From a virus (taxonomy: Duplodnaviria > Caudoviricetes): a stretch of 64,000 bases of DNA. Of the stretch, positions 20,701-30,807 are shown piece by piece. Every line of letters starts with the position of its first letter. Position 1 is the stretch's first letter. Location: IMG/VR virus record IMGVR_UViG_2541047519_000001, positions 5,123 to 69,122 of that record. One strand, written 5' to 3'. The notes beneath the pieces are model-generated. The model was given only the letters and a program-made list of their open reading frames with translations. It searched no databases and was not told where the DNA came from. The position numbers and the translations under genes are program-made.

Positions 20701-22199
20701 AAACAGGTGAAGTCCTTGGGAAATGGGATACCTTTGTCGTTGATCTGGCAGGAGTTGTTAATAAAATTACTGGCGGGATTAACACCGTTCTTAAATTCAT
20801 GCACGTGTCAACGATTCCGGAATGGAAACCTAAAGGCTACAATGGTAATTCTGAGATGCAGGTGGCGCCTGGTCTTGCTTATGCAAAAGGAACAGACTTT
20901 CACCCTGGCGGTAAAGCGTTAGTTGGTGAAGAAGGCTGGGAATACGCTCATACGCCAGGAATCGGAACGTACGTTGTCGGAATGGGCGGTCCGCAAATAT
21001 GGGACTTACCACGCGGCACATCCGTTCTTCCACATGCTCAGTCAATAGATTTAGCATCAGGGGGGCTTCCGGGGTATGCCGGAGGAGTCGGCAATTTCTT
21101 TAAGAATGCAATCGACGGATCTAAAAAGCTGGTCAAAGGGGCCATGTCTGCCGGAAAAGGCGTTGTGAGTAAAACAAAGGACGTCGCATCGGGTGTAATG
21201 GAAATGATCATGAAGGGTCCGGAAAAGATGATTAAGAGCCTGTTCAGCGGTTTGCTTCCGTATAAATCCGGAAAAGGCATTGACTCATTAGGAACCGGAA
21301 TTCTTCAAACTTTAAAGGATGGAGCCGGCCAGTTCTTAAAAGGGATTCTCCCGAGTGCAGGGACTTTTTCGGCATCAGCTTATAAAGGGGCGACGGGATC
21401 TGCGGAAGTTCAAAAATGGGTTGCTGAAGCTGTTGGTATTGCAGGCGTTCCATTTTCATGGGTTCCCGGATTGATCACCATTGCTATGAAGGAATCAGGT
21501 GGCAACCCAAACGCCATTAACCTGACAGACTCTAATGCAAAAGCCGGTCATCCTTCACAGGGACTCATGCAGACCATCCCGAGCACATTTTCGGCGCATG
21601 CTTTTCCAGGTCACAATAATATGTTGAATCCTGTGGACAGTGTGTTGGCAGCCATTAATTATATTAAAGGGCGATACGGAGACATTGCCAATCACCCTGG
21701 CTTGAAATCTATGGCGCGCGGCGGCCCGTATGTTGGTTATGCAAAAGGGGGAACGTCACCAGGGCGCGGCGGTTCTAAATGGGCGATCTTAAATGAACGC
21801 GGATATGATGAAACAACAATCACGCAAGATCCGTCTTACCGGGAACGTAACATTGGATTGTGGGCGCGTGTCGGCCGTGAACTTGGCGTCCTTCCATCCA
21901 TGCAAGAGGGGATGATTTCAAAGGCTCTTGTTCTTCTTCAAAAGGCATCGGCGGCTAAGACGGAAACTGTATCACGAGGAAACGTTAGTGTCGATATGAG
22001 CCGAGTGGTTGAGAATCAAGAACGGCAAATCAGCATGATGGGCCAGCAAATTGATGCCCTACAGCAAAACCTTCAGCTGTTACAGCAACTTGTCCTGAAA
22101 GATAACAGCACCTATATAGACGGGACGAAAGTGGATCAATCAAGCGCGGACCGGTATAACAGAAAACGATACAGAAATGGGGGTAAGCCTGCATGGTAA
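17712..22199 (+). CDS. Tape measure protein with C-terminal lytic transglycosylase
   Basis: TP901-type core (FEKAMSRV...), SLT motifs KESGGNP and GLMQTIPSTF. Confidence 0.95.
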   Translation: MAQPIGNMVVKVGIDDTGFNRGVEGLKRQMRLANSEMKAAGSIYKNTGQQSKLLQSQMEGLNNKYQIQGRLVQEHRKRYEELAREKGKDSRETQIQARRLNDSIAVHQNLGKELQQVTKEFENTSDSGKRAAGVFSVFKKDSQGVSEELNAVYTSATTAGKALTALGAAGVIGIGASVKVAADFEKAMSRVGALANSTNDQMVELTDTARHLGATTQFTDGQVAEGMQYLAMAGYKTNQIIGAMPGLLATAAAGQTDLGVTADIVSDILTEFHIKAEDTNRVADVMTYTFTNSNATLQEIGQTMKYAAPAAKTAGVSMEELAAATGIMANSGIKADMAGTALRSTLTRLAAPPKPAASAIEELGLKVTDSTGKMRPLADIMGQITEKTKNYTETEKIRIAKQLAGQHALSGFITLMHAGKDKLQDFTKELENSGGTAEKIADKQMDNLAGSMEYLKSAVNNAVITLGNQFIPVIRATTDGLTKIVTWFDALPSSVASTIAITGAAVTVFSLLGGAFLLTLGALPKIAAGWNMLRTAGSYLTGNINRASTSLGVYSAEAIAAGTASRTAAVGMNTTSTAAAVASTRMDRFHQTTAVATTRTGRLEQSTSRSTRAMRGLGGASRTAGLGLSLFGGPVGMIAGLILSFAPELLKFSAGIIKTGLSAVKGAGGFMQLAKSGFGLFNILKKGAGVVGLLRSGLSLLGGPVGIAITGVTLLAEAGFKYYDNLKKRVLPATIDFGDKVSESTSKAVNAYEDLNTKVGAQLNYYYLTNKKITKKIAENMSSQYEKMGKTLQDGYQKSTDKSLKVLSDFYASNKDMSEEEKTATLKNIKDSNAKKHKEISGYTKRIKKIWENAAKEHRDITEGERKEIEEITRKMNKNVETALSKSKEEQTIIAGKLKDNKTELSAKEAAATVKNSKNAKDKVVKNAEKQYKDVVKNADLEFYVKKSITKKQHDDTVSSAESQKDQVVKEAEKTHKGVVSEAKLQAAGHVKEVDWETGEVLGKWDTFVVDLAGVVNKITGGINTVLKFMHVSTIPEWKPKGYNGNSEMQVAPGLAYAKGTDFHPGGKALVGEEGWEYAHTPGIGTYVVGMGGPQIWDLPRGTSVLPHAQSIDLASGGLPGYAGGVGNFFKNAIDGSKKLVKGAMSAGKGVVSKTKDVASGVMEMIMKGPEKMIKSLFSGLLPYKSGKGIDSLGTGILQTLKDGAGQFLKGILPSAGTFSASAYKGATGSAEVQKWVAEAVGIAGVPFSWVPGLITIAMKESGGNPNAINLTDSNAKAGHPSQGLMQTIPSTFSAHAFPGHNNMLNPVDSVLAAINYIKGRYGDIANHPGLKSMARGGPYVGYAKGGTSPGRGGSKWAILNERGYDETTITQDPSYRERNIGLWARVGRELGVLPSMQEGMISKALVLLQKASAAKTETVSRGNVSVDMSRVVENQERQISMMGQQIDALQQNLQLLQQLVLKDNSTYIDGTKVDQSSADRYNRKRYRNGGKPAW

Positions 22200-23032
22200 A
22201 ACTGTTTATAGATTTCAATAATGGACTAGGGGAGCAAAGCCTTGACAGCTTACTCCCTCAATTTGAAGTATTAAGCTTTTTGCCGGAAGCTCCAATTATT
22301 AATCGGGTAACAACCACGATCTCTCGGCGGCACGGTCTGATTTTGCCGCAGCATCCACGCGATGTGACTTACGCGGAAAGAAAAATAGATGTTGAGATTT
22401 ATTTGAATGCACTCACGCATGAGAACTTTTATATGTATCGGCATCAGCTATATGCCCTATTGGTTAAGCCGTTTCCTTATTACATTTCTTCTGATCTTTG
22501 GCCAAATCGCCGTTTTCTTGTTACTTGTGACGGGAATTTCAGCATTCCTAAAGAGAAGGAAAAAACCTACAATAATTTTTCTGTAGAGTTTACCAATATC
22601 ACTGGGATGGGGGAATCAAAACATTCTTCTAAAACGGCCCAAAATCTACACGGAGAGAACTGGAGCCACGGAATGAACTTGCAGTCTACTGATGAGGCGG
22701 AATATTATTTTAAGAATCGTAAGCGATTTTCCGTTTTTAACAGCGGGGATGTGCAGATCAATCCCCTCGATCATGATTACAATGTTTTGCTGAATGCGAC
22801 AGGTAAAAATGTAACATTAATCAACCATACAAATGGCGAGAAATTAACCATTGAGAAGGAAATAAAAAAATCACAGCAAGTGTCTTTTCTCAAGCAATAC
22901 ACGATCATCAACAATACACCAATTAAAACGTCTGGCCGGCTGCCGAGTCTTGAAATCGGATGGAACGAGTTTGAGATACAAAATTCAAACGACTTTATCA
23001 TCCAATTTGATACTCGGTTTTATTATTTGTAA
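22193..23032 (+). CDS. Distal tail protein (Dit)
   Basis: Follows tape measure; NSGDVQINP and LEIGWNEFEI siphophage Dit motifs. Confidence 0.85.
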   Translation: MVKLFIDFNNGLGEQSLDSLLPQFEVLSFLPEAPIINRVTTTISRRHGLILPQHPRDVTYAERKIDVEIYLNALTHENFYMYRHQLYALLVKPFPYYISSDLWPNRRFLVTCDGNFSIPKEKEKTYNNFSVEFTNITGMGESKHSSKTAQNLHGENWSHGMNLQSTDEAEYYFKNRKRFSVFNSGDVQINPLDHDYNVLLNATGKNVTLINHTNGEKLTIEKEIKKSQQVSFLKQYTIINNTPIKTSGRLPSLEIGWNEFEIQNSNDFIIQFDTRFYYL

Positions 23033-23044
23033 GAGGGTGGTTGT

Positions 23045-24745
23045 ATGAGCAATCAAAACTTTATCAAACAAATCGCGCCGGCTGCCCAATCTGTATACCG
23101 TAAACATCGTATTCTAGCGAGTTTAATTATTGCCCAAGGCTGTTTAGAAAGTGCTTATGGAACTAGCGGTCTTGCTACTAAAGGTAAAAACCTTTTTGGT
23201 ATGAAAGGTGAATACAACGGTCAATATGTCATCATGAAGACATGGGAAGTTATAAACGGTGAAAATAAACAAGTTGATGCCAAATTTAGAAAGTATCCAT
23301 CCTGGAGTGAATCTATTCAGGATCTTGCTAATTTATATCTGAATGGTGTCAGCTGGGACAAGGATCATTATAAGGCTGTCGTCGGGGAAACAGATTATAA
23401 AAAGGCTACTGCAACGCTAGTTAAAGTTGGCTACGCCACGGACCCGTCATATGCAACAAAATTGAACAGCCTCATCGAAACCTATAGTCTTACAACATAC
23501 GATACGTCAGATGGCGGGGATGTTGATCCGAGTATTCCAGATCCAGATCCAGTGCCCGATATTCCAAGTAAAGAATATGACGGCAAAGATATCACGTTAA
23601 ATCAAAATCTGCCGAAAGATGTTTACTTTCCTCAGCTGCACGTCTCAACTCAAGATGACAGTCAGGTTGTGGAAGTTATCGGGGCTGATCCGGACTTGTT
23701 GGATGACACCACAGGGAAAAAGGATATTGAGTTTACAATCACCCGGACTAAGGATAATGGAATTGAATATGATCTGCTTGTAAATGACAATATTCTTTAT
23801 CTGGATGAAAGAAAATTTAATCATCAAAAATATTTCATTACAGATACAGAGATCAACCAGGAAAAAACACTCTCTAAAAAGATAACTGCAAGCCATGTTT
23901 TTGTGGCTGTATTGAACAATCATTATATAGAAGATACCATCAGCGGCACACTGTCCGTCAGAAAGATGCTTGATTTTGCACTAAAAGGAACAAAACTCAC
24001 CTATATTTTTAAGGATAAAGAAAGTGAGTTTCCAAGCGTTGAGCAGGAGAATTTTGGCGACAAATTCGGTAATGAACTGATGAATGAGATTGTGGAAGAC
24101 TATGGCTTGGAGTTGGATGTCGATAATTACAAAATCTATGTTTATAAGAAAATGGGTAAGCGGGTGAACCATACGCTTGATACTCGTTACAATATGCCTG
24201 GCATTACAATCAAAACCTCCACACAGGGATGTTCAACAAGGGCCCGTGGTTTTGGGGCGATTAAAGAAAACAGCAGCACTGACAGCAAAAAAACGGAGTA
24301 TGTCTTTGAACCCATTTTATATAAGCATCCTGACGAGGATAAATTCTTATTGGATGGTATGCCGCGGTGGGCTGAACCATTACGCGATGAACGATATAAA
24401 AAAGAGTCTAGTATGTTGGCAGCACTGAAAAAATACGTGAATCCTTATCCAAAGATGGAAATTGAAGTGGATTATGAAAACATCTATGAACCGAAGCTTT
24501 TGAATATACAAGAGGATTTTTGGAAGGGTGATACGCTTCATGTGTTGGCCGATACATCATATGGGGTCACCTATGAAGATGATGTGAGGGTTCTGTCTAT
24601 CCAATACAAGCCTCTAAATCCTTACGCTAAACCGACTTTAACGTTGGCTAATTTCAGAAAGGATATTCAAGATATTCGGATGGAACAAGATAAGAGATTG
24701 AAAGATCAAAAGCGATACATGCAAAAGCTCAGAATGATGATTTAA
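23045..24745 (+). CDS. Tail-associated lysin: GH73 glucosaminidase fused to tail endopeptidase/hub domain
   Basis: IIAQGCLES, NLFGMKG, GYATDPSY, Pro-Asp linker, then Tal hub domain. Confidence 0.88.
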   Translation: MSNQNFIKQIAPAAQSVYRKHRILASLIIAQGCLESAYGTSGLATKGKNLFGMKGEYNGQYVIMKTWEVINGENKQVDAKFRKYPSWSESIQDLANLYLNGVSWDKDHYKAVVGETDYKKATATLVKVGYATDPSYATKLNSLIETYSLTTYDTSDGGDVDPSIPDPDPVPDIPSKEYDGKDITLNQNLPKDVYFPQLHVSTQDDSQVVEVIGADPDLLDDTTGKKDIEFTITRTKDNGIEYDLLVNDNILYLDERKFNHQKYFITDTEINQEKTLSKKITASHVFVAVLNNHYIEDTISGTLSVRKMLDFALKGTKLTYIFKDKESEFPSVEQENFGDKFGNELMNEIVEDYGLELDVDNYKIYVYKKMGKRVNHTLDTRYNMPGITIKTSTQGCSTRARGFGAIKENSSTDSKKTEYVFEPILYKHPDEDKFLLDGMPRWAEPLRDERYKKESSMLAALKKYVNPYPKMEIEVDYENIYEPKLLNIQEDFWKGDTLHVLADTSYGVTYEDDVRVLSIQYKPLNPYAKPTLTLANFRKDIQDIRMEQDKRLKDQKRYMQKLRMMI

Positions 24746-24795
24746 GGCGCTCTTTTCGAGAGTGCTTTTTATTTTGCTGTGAAAGGAGTGACATC

Positions 24796-27372
24796 ATGGT
24801 ACAGCTTATAAAAGACTATGATACAACGCGCAATGCGAGATATGTTTCCCAATTAAGAGACGACATTCAGAACATCGAAAATGTCTTGAATCAAATTGAT
24901 TACGACATGAAAAAACACTATACTGGCGCCTCTGTTCATGATGCTTCACAAATCAATTATCAGGGTTTTACCGTGGAGAACAGGCTGAAAAATCTATTTT
25001 CTCGTTTCACTAACCTTGTGACTAATCATGATGGAACAGATGTAAAAGAGGTTGCGGACGCACGCGTTACAACTGACGGCGAGATTGCAGCCACGCTTAA
25101 GGATCGGCTTGATTTAGAGTTTAACAAGATGGAAAGAAGATTTAAACGGGTTGTTAATGTAGACGACTATGGAGCCGATCCAACAGGAAAAACCGATAGC
25201 ACCGAGGCTTTCAAGAAAGCATTTGGAAACGGTAAGGTTATGGTTGTTATGTCAGCTGGTATGTATGTAGTTAAAGGCTTGAAAATCCCTTCATGGGTTC
25301 GTCTGGTCGGCCAAGGTATCGGCGTCACATTTTTAGTTTTGAATGATGAGACACCGGCCTCGGAATGGGTAATCACAAATTCGGATTACGAAAAGGGAAA
25401 CAGAAACATCCATATAGAAGGTTTTTCAGCCAATTGGAATCCTGAGAGACAGGGCGGCGTCAGGGCAGCCGGCGGGCAACACTCCAGCTGCGTGGCGTTT
25501 GCTAAAACACAGTTCATATGGATAAAAAATATTGAATGCATTAACCCCGGTCTTCATGGAATTGATATTTCAGCACCAACCTATGACCACCTCCCAGATA
25601 CAGATTACACGAAAGACGGGTGCAAATATGTCTGGATTGATGGATGTGTTACATCAGGATATGGAGACGATGGGATCACTACTCATTACAGTGAGTATGT
25701 TTTTATATCAAACTGCCATTGTACAAATCCCCGTGGAACAGCACATGCTGCTGGACAGGCCAATTCAAATGGAATTGAAATTGATGACGGCTCGAAGCGT
25801 GTATGGCTAATTAACAATTACACAGAGGGGAATATACGCGGCGTTGAAGTTAAAGCTCATGCAGAATGGCCAGCATCTCAAAACGTTCATATACTTGGCC
25901 ACGTTTCTTACCACGATGTACGATCTTATGACTTGCGACATATCGGACACCATAGGGCTGGTGATCCTCAAAGCACCACGGCTTATGATGTAACGCTGAC
26001 GGATTGCACAGCGATAGAACCGATATTTAATGAGTTGTATGAGGGAGTTACACCGCGTGTGTTAGCGGTATCTGCTTATAAAAATGTTCAGATCGTTAAT
26101 TTTACTGGGATAGGAAACCCGTCATATGACTACAAAGGAAACCCAATGGCTGTTTTCCAGTTCCGCAGCAGAAATATCACTGTGAACGGAATCAAAATGC
26201 GAGGATTTAAAAAAGCTTCACATGATATTCGAGTGTTTGGGGGATCTCAAAAATCTGACTATGTGAAAATCTCTAACTTTGACATTTTAGATTCTGCCCC
26301 GGTAGGCATCGGCTTAGGTGGCGGTGTGTATCATGTCAATTTGATCAATGGGACATTAATCGGTAAAAACGGATCTGTCGGTATCGAATCACCTAACAAC
26401 CAGACCACCATTGCAGGTGTGGAGGCGGCCGGCTATTCGGTAGCTGCGAGATTAAGAAAAAGAGATTATGGTATGGTCCCAACAAAAGTAAAAGGTGGAT
26501 TCATTGGCGGAAGCACCTCCGGTTCGGCTCTTCATGAAGCGAGTGGAATATTCGGATCGACTGGGGATAGTGTGACAAAGGGACCGGCCAACGTTATCCT
26601 TGGCGGACGTGGCGGATCAACCACGGAAGGCTCCCGACAAGCACTCATCGCCGTTAATAACTCACATACAAAAGGAGAAGGGAATTCCCGTGTCGGTTTG
26701 GCATCGCATAACATCACACTGAAGAAAAGCTATACGGTAGCCGGTGGATTCGACGTTATTAGGTGGCAGCTTGAATCTATTTCCGGGGATGGTAAGTTCG
26801 CAGGTACCGTTACAGGTGGGTCCACATTCGCCGATTATGGCGAATATTTCGAGTCTGAAAACGGGCAGGCCATTCCGACTGGCACGCTTGTTACCTTACG
26901 TGGCGATAAAATTGCAGCAGCGCAAGAAGGGGACAGTATCATAGGAGCCATTTCAGAGACGGCCGCGGTGTTGCTCGGGGAATCAACTTTTCACTGGCAG
27001 GGTCGTTATCTGCGTAATGAGTTTGGTGGCTTGATTTATGAGGAAGTCAATAAGCCTTACACGGATGAAAATGGGAAAAAACGAATTGAGGTTCGTAAGC
27101 ACCCGAAAGAAAACCCTCATTATGATCCGCAGCTTGAAGAAGAGTATTTGTCCAGAGCGGATCGTCCTGAATGGAACATAGTTGGCTTGGTCGGCCAGGT
27201 CCACGTAAGGGTAGACACTACCGTTAGTCCTGGATGCAGACTTAAAGCAGTTAATGGTATCGGAACCAAAGCAGACAGTGACGGCTATGGCACTGTGATG
27301 AGCATTACAAAGGTGTACACCAAAGAAGAGGGGTACGGGGTAGCAAAGGTCCTAGTATTTCCACAGAATTAA
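24796..27372 (+). CDS. Tail spike: pectate-lyase-like beta-helix with peptidase G2 chaperone domain (phi29 gp12-like)
   Basis: VNVDDYGADPTGKTDSTEAF start, beta-helix repeats, C-terminal ADYGEYFES...VGLVGQVHVR. Confidence 0.85.
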   Translation: MVQLIKDYDTTRNARYVSQLRDDIQNIENVLNQIDYDMKKHYTGASVHDASQINYQGFTVENRLKNLFSRFTNLVTNHDGTDVKEVADARVTTDGEIAATLKDRLDLEFNKMERRFKRVVNVDDYGADPTGKTDSTEAFKKAFGNGKVMVVMSAGMYVVKGLKIPSWVRLVGQGIGVTFLVLNDETPASEWVITNSDYEKGNRNIHIEGFSANWNPERQGGVRAAGGQHSSCVAFAKTQFIWIKNIECINPGLHGIDISAPTYDHLPDTDYTKDGCKYVWIDGCVTSGYGDDGITTHYSEYVFISNCHCTNPRGTAHAAGQANSNGIEIDDGSKRVWLINNYTEGNIRGVEVKAHAEWPASQNVHILGHVSYHDVRSYDLRHIGHHRAGDPQSTTAYDVTLTDCTAIEPIFNELYEGVTPRVLAVSAYKNVQIVNFTGIGNPSYDYKGNPMAVFQFRSRNITVNGIKMRGFKKASHDIRVFGGSQKSDYVKISNFDILDSAPVGIGLGGGVYHVNLINGTLIGKNGSVGIESPNNQTTIAGVEAAGYSVAARLRKRDYGMVPTKVKGGFIGGSTSGSALHEASGIFGSTGDSVTKGPANVILGGRGGSTTEGSRQALIAVNNSHTKGEGNSRVGLASHNITLKKSYTVAGGFDVIRWQLESISGDGKFAGTVTGGSTFADYGEYFESENGQAIPTGTLVTLRGDKIAAAQEGDSIIGAISETAAVLLGESTFHWQGRYLRNEFGGLIYEEVNKPYTDENGKKRIEVRKHPKENPHYDPQLEEEYLSRADRPEWNIVGLVGQVHVRVDTTVSPGCRLKAVNGIGTKADSDGYGTVMSITKVYTKEEGYGVAKVLVFPQN

Positions 27373-27384
27373 GGAGGGTAATAA

Positions 27385-28914
27385 ATGGTCTATAAAAATG
27401 GCGGTGTATCATTTGATATAAACGCCCAAAGGGCCGCAGGCAGATCTACAAACATTCAATTTATGACGCAAGACACGGGCAGTGCGAAGCTGTCCTTCTC
27501 TTTCACAAAAGACGGTACGCCTTTGCCCTTATCTGCAGTAGATGCAAAGATCGTTTTACTGTATGCGGACGGCTCCTTTTATAAAAAGAGTCTCACGCTG
27601 ACGGATAAAGTCAACGGCACGGCCGAGTATGTTCTATCTGATGAAGAACTGAAGCATTACGGGCAGGTAAAAGCCGAACTCAAGTTGTATTACACGAACG
27701 GACAGGCGCTTGCTACAACATTTTTCAACTTTGCAATTGCAAAAACGTTGGAAGATCAAAACATTGTTCCCGTCGCAGATTATTACATTGATGATTTTGA
27801 AACCTTACGTGCCGGTGTCAATGCCACGGTCGTAGAAATCAGTCAAACGATCGAAGAACTGCGGGCAAAGTTTGCCGATCTCGAAGCTATTGAGACGAAA
27901 GAGGGGGCGCAGGAGAAGGCGGATGTAGCAGAGGCAAATGCTAGGAACCATACTGACGCCCATACGACCGATAAGAATAACCCACACGGCGTAACAAAGG
28001 TACAAGTCGGTCTTAGTAATGTGGATAATGTGAAACAAGCCTCAAAAAAGGAGTTTGAGTCCCATAACTCTAATCATGATATTCACATAACAACTGAAGA
28101 AAGAGCTGCTTGGAATGCAAAAGAAACACCAGAAGGATCACAAGAGAAAGTTGACGCCCATGCTACAAAAGCAGACATTCATGTCACTCAATCTAATAAA
28201 GATAAATGGAATGCTGGACAGTTAACAAAATTGACTACTGATTCAGGATATACAATAAATGTTAATGCTCCCAACAGGATAAGTTTAAGTGGTTTTTATG
28301 GTGTGGCTAACTCATCAGATATGCCAGACACAAAATATTATAAGCTGATTCACCTTTCGTCATCTGAGGGTACAGCTACTCAGATAGCCATTGCAAATGG
28401 AGACGGAACGATTTATTCAAGAGTGAAAGTATCTGACGTTTGGACTTCTTGGCAGCCTTATGAAACAACTACAGGAGTCCAAGGCAAAGTAGGCAAGACT
28501 CTGAATGATGCAAAAAGTTATACTAATAATCTCGAAAAAAGGCTAACTGATTTAACTTGGTTTTCCCCAATATTGCAAAACAGCTGGGTGAATTATACAG
28601 ATGTTAACGCAAGTGACCAAACGAAATTTAAAGTCCGTTATGCCAAGGATGTAACAGGGACAGTTTTTGTTGAGGGTGCGATTGCTAAAGGGACTATCGG
28701 CTTTGGAATACCAGCATTTGTGTTGCCAGTAGGCTATAGACCATCTCGGGCATTTCAGTGGGTTGGTGTTGCATCTCAAGCGGGTATGTCCGGTGTTCCG
28801 CAGTACCACAGATTAATTGTTGAGATAGATGGCAAAGTAATAATTGAAAACTGTTCAAATACGATTAATCCGAATAATTATATTAGTTTGGGATTTAACT
28901 TTAAAGCTGTTTAG
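27385..28914 (+). CDS. BppU/DUF2479 upper baseplate tail-fibre (receptor-binding) protein
   Basis: N-terminal QFMTQDTGSAKLSF, NPHGVTKVQVGLSNVDN repeats, C-terminal LPVGYRP tip domain. Confidence 0.82.
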   Translation: MVYKNGGVSFDINAQRAAGRSTNIQFMTQDTGSAKLSFSFTKDGTPLPLSAVDAKIVLLYADGSFYKKSLTLTDKVNGTAEYVLSDEELKHYGQVKAELKLYYTNGQALATTFFNFAIAKTLEDQNIVPVADYYIDDFETLRAGVNATVVEISQTIEELRAKFADLEAIETKEGAQEKADVAEANARNHTDAHTTDKNNPHGVTKVQVGLSNVDNVKQASKKEFESHNSNHDIHITTEERAAWNAKETPEGSQEKVDAHATKADIHVTQSNKDKWNAGQLTKLTTDSGYTINVNAPNRISLSGFYGVANSSDMPDTKYYKLIHLSSSEGTATQIAIANGDGTIYSRVKVSDVWTSWQPYETTTGVQGKVGKTLNDAKSYTNNLEKRLTDLTWFSPILQNSWVNYTDVNASDQTKFKVRYAKDVTGTVFVEGAIAKGTIGFGIPAFVLPVGYRPSRAFQWVGVASQAGMSGVPQYHRLIVEIDGKVIIENCSNTINPNNYISLGFNFKAV

Positions 28915-28923
28915 GGGGCCTCA

Positions 28924-29280
28924 TTGGTGATACAAGTATACAAGTTTAACGATGATTTTATTTTTGAAACTCCGATAATAGTTAACTATGTAGAAGAAAA
29001 TGGAGAGTTCATTCTCCCAAATAACTGCACTAAAATTGCTCCTTCTGATGGTCTCTACAAACCTAAATTCTCACCAGAGCAAGAAGAATGGTTTGAGTCT
29101 GCAACAAAAGAATATATTGAAGATTTGCGGCAGGAGAAAGAACCGTCTGATTTAGAATTGTTGAAAGAACAAAATGCTCTTTTAATTTCACAGTTAGCAC
29201 AGACACAAGCGATGGCAAAAGATCAGGCACAAATGTATGCTGATTTGCTTTTTTCACTCACACAAAAGGGGGTTATTTAA
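28924..29280 (+). CDS. XkdW/YomQ-like tail fibre chaperone
   Basis: DLELLKEQNA coiled coil, after fibre gene and before XkdX. Confidence 0.65.
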   Translation: MVIQVYKFNDDFIFETPIIVNYVEENGEFILPNNCTKIAPSDGLYKPKFSPEQEEWFESATKEYIEDLRQEKEPSDLELLKEQNALLISQLAQTQAMAKDQAQMYADLLFSLTQKGVI

Positions 29281-29436
29281 TTGGAGTGGTTTAAAAGCAT
29301 TCGAACCTGTTACAAGTGGGGCTGTTATACAAAGGAAGATGTACATGCTTTTGTTGAATACAACAAAATTACAGAGGATCAATACCAAGAAATTGTTAAA
29401 GAAGAAAAAACTGTTGTTGTAAGTAATAAAGTATGA
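29281..29436 (+). CDS. XkdX-family protein
   Basis: Read by hand: MEWFKSIRTCYKWGCYTKEDVHAFVEYNKITEDQYQEIV. Confidence 0.8.
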   Translation: MEWFKSIRTCYKWGCYTKEDVHAFVEYNKITEDQYQEIVKEEKTVVVSNKV

Positions 29437-29448
29437 TAGTTTAATTTT

Positions 29449-30297
29449 ATGAAAAATGCTATCTATTTACTTTTAATCTGTCTAATATTTGTTATGAGTG
29501 GGTGTTCAGTATCTGAGACCTCTGCTGTCAAAGGTTCAGGAAAGTCTGCACCCAAAGCTAGTAACTATCACCCGTTAATGATTGCACACAGGGGAGCTTC
29601 AGAATTAGAGCCAGAGCATACGTTATTATCCTATAAACGAGCAATTAATGATAAAGCGGATTTTATTGAAATTGATTTGAGACAAACTAAAGACGGCGAA
29701 TTAGTCGCAATACATGATAAGGATGTTGAAAGAACAACAAACGGAAAAGGAAAAGTGCAGGAACTGACTTTGTCTCAGTTGAAAAAATTCAATGTTGGTA
29801 AAGATCAAAAAATAATGACAATCGAAGAGATTATAAAAGAATTTGGCCTCTGGACCAATTATTACATTGAAACCAGAGAAGATAATAACGGCAATTTAGT
29901 AATGGAACAGAAACTTATTGATATACTGAATAAATACAATCTAATTGCCGAACACAAAGTAGTGTTACAATCATTCAGTGAAAAGAGTTTAAAGAAGATA
30001 CATTCTATTAATAAAGAGATACCACTGGTACGTTTACTTGGTGATGAAGAAGTGAAGGATTTAAATAGTGATAAGCTAAAGCAGATAAAAAGTTATGCTT
30101 ATGCAGTAGGCCCCAATGCCAAATTAGTTGATAAATCCACTGTTGAAAAAGTTCATGCTGCCAATTTAAAGATTCATGTATTTTTTGATGCGGAGAATGA
30201 GAAAAAACTAACAATGAAAATGATTAATTTAAGGGTAGATGGATTTTTTTCCAATAATCCTGCTTATACTGAGAAACTAATAAACTCGTCAAATTGA
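29449..30297 (+). CDS. Glycerophosphodiester phosphodiesterase (GlpQ-like) lipoprotein
   Basis: Lipobox MSG-C19; catalytic IAHRG, EID, HD motifs. Confidence 0.9.
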   Translation: MKNAIYLLLICLIFVMSGCSVSETSAVKGSGKSAPKASNYHPLMIAHRGASELEPEHTLLSYKRAINDKADFIEIDLRQTKDGELVAIHDKDVERTTNGKGKVQELTLSQLKKFNVGKDQKIMTIEEIIKEFGLWTNYYIETREDNNGNLVMEQKLIDILNKYNLIAEHKVVLQSFSEKSLKKIHSINKEIPLVRLLGDEEVKDLNSDKLKQIKSYAYAVGPNAKLVDKSTVEKVHAANLKIHVFFDAENEKKLTMKMINLRVDGFFSNNPAYTEKLINSSN

Positions 30298-30308
30298 CGG
30301 GTTTTTTA
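30283..30308 (+). terminator. Intrinsic terminator after GDPD
   Basis: AACTCGTC-AAATT-GACGGGTT plus T-run. Confidence 0.7.
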
Positions 30309-30352
30309 TTTTGCCTCTAAGGAAGTGTTCAAAAGAAATGGAGGAAACGACT

Positions 30353-30760
30353 GTGTTTATTAATTTTGAAACATTAGATTTAGCGAGGACTTATCTGTTT
30401 GGAGGTGTGAAATACCTAGATTTATTACTGCTCCTCAGCATTATCGACGTTATAACAGGTGTAATCAAGGCATGGAAATTCAAAAAACTACGAAGCCGGA
30501 GCGCTTGGTTTGGGTACGTGCGGAAAATGCTCAGTTTTCTAGTGGTCATTGTGGCAAATATAGTCGATACAATTCTCAATTTGAACGGTGTTCTCACATT
30601 CGGAACCGTTCTTTTTTATATTGCAAATGAAGGGCTTTCTATTACGGAGAACCTGGCACAGATCGGCGTTAAGGTTCCGGCTGCCATTACAGACCGACTT
30701 CATGTTATTGAAGATGATAACGAGAAAACAACCAAAAAAAATGAACAAGCTGCTGAATAA
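30353..30760 (+). CDS. Holin (toxin secretion/phage lysis family)
   Basis: IDVITGVIKAW, LRSRSAWFG, NEGLSITENLAQIGVKVP; RBS GGAGG before GTG 30353. Confidence 0.92.
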   Translation: MFINFETLDLARTYLFGGVKYLDLLLLLSIIDVITGVIKAWKFKKLRSRSAWFGYVRKMLSFLVVIVANIVDTILNLNGVLTFGTVLFYIANEGLSITENLAQIGVKVPAAITDRLHVIEDDNEKTTKKNEQAAE

Positions 30761-30807
30761 TCAAGCGGCTCTTTTTTAATTCAAAAACAGAATAGGAGCG
30801 ATTTTTT

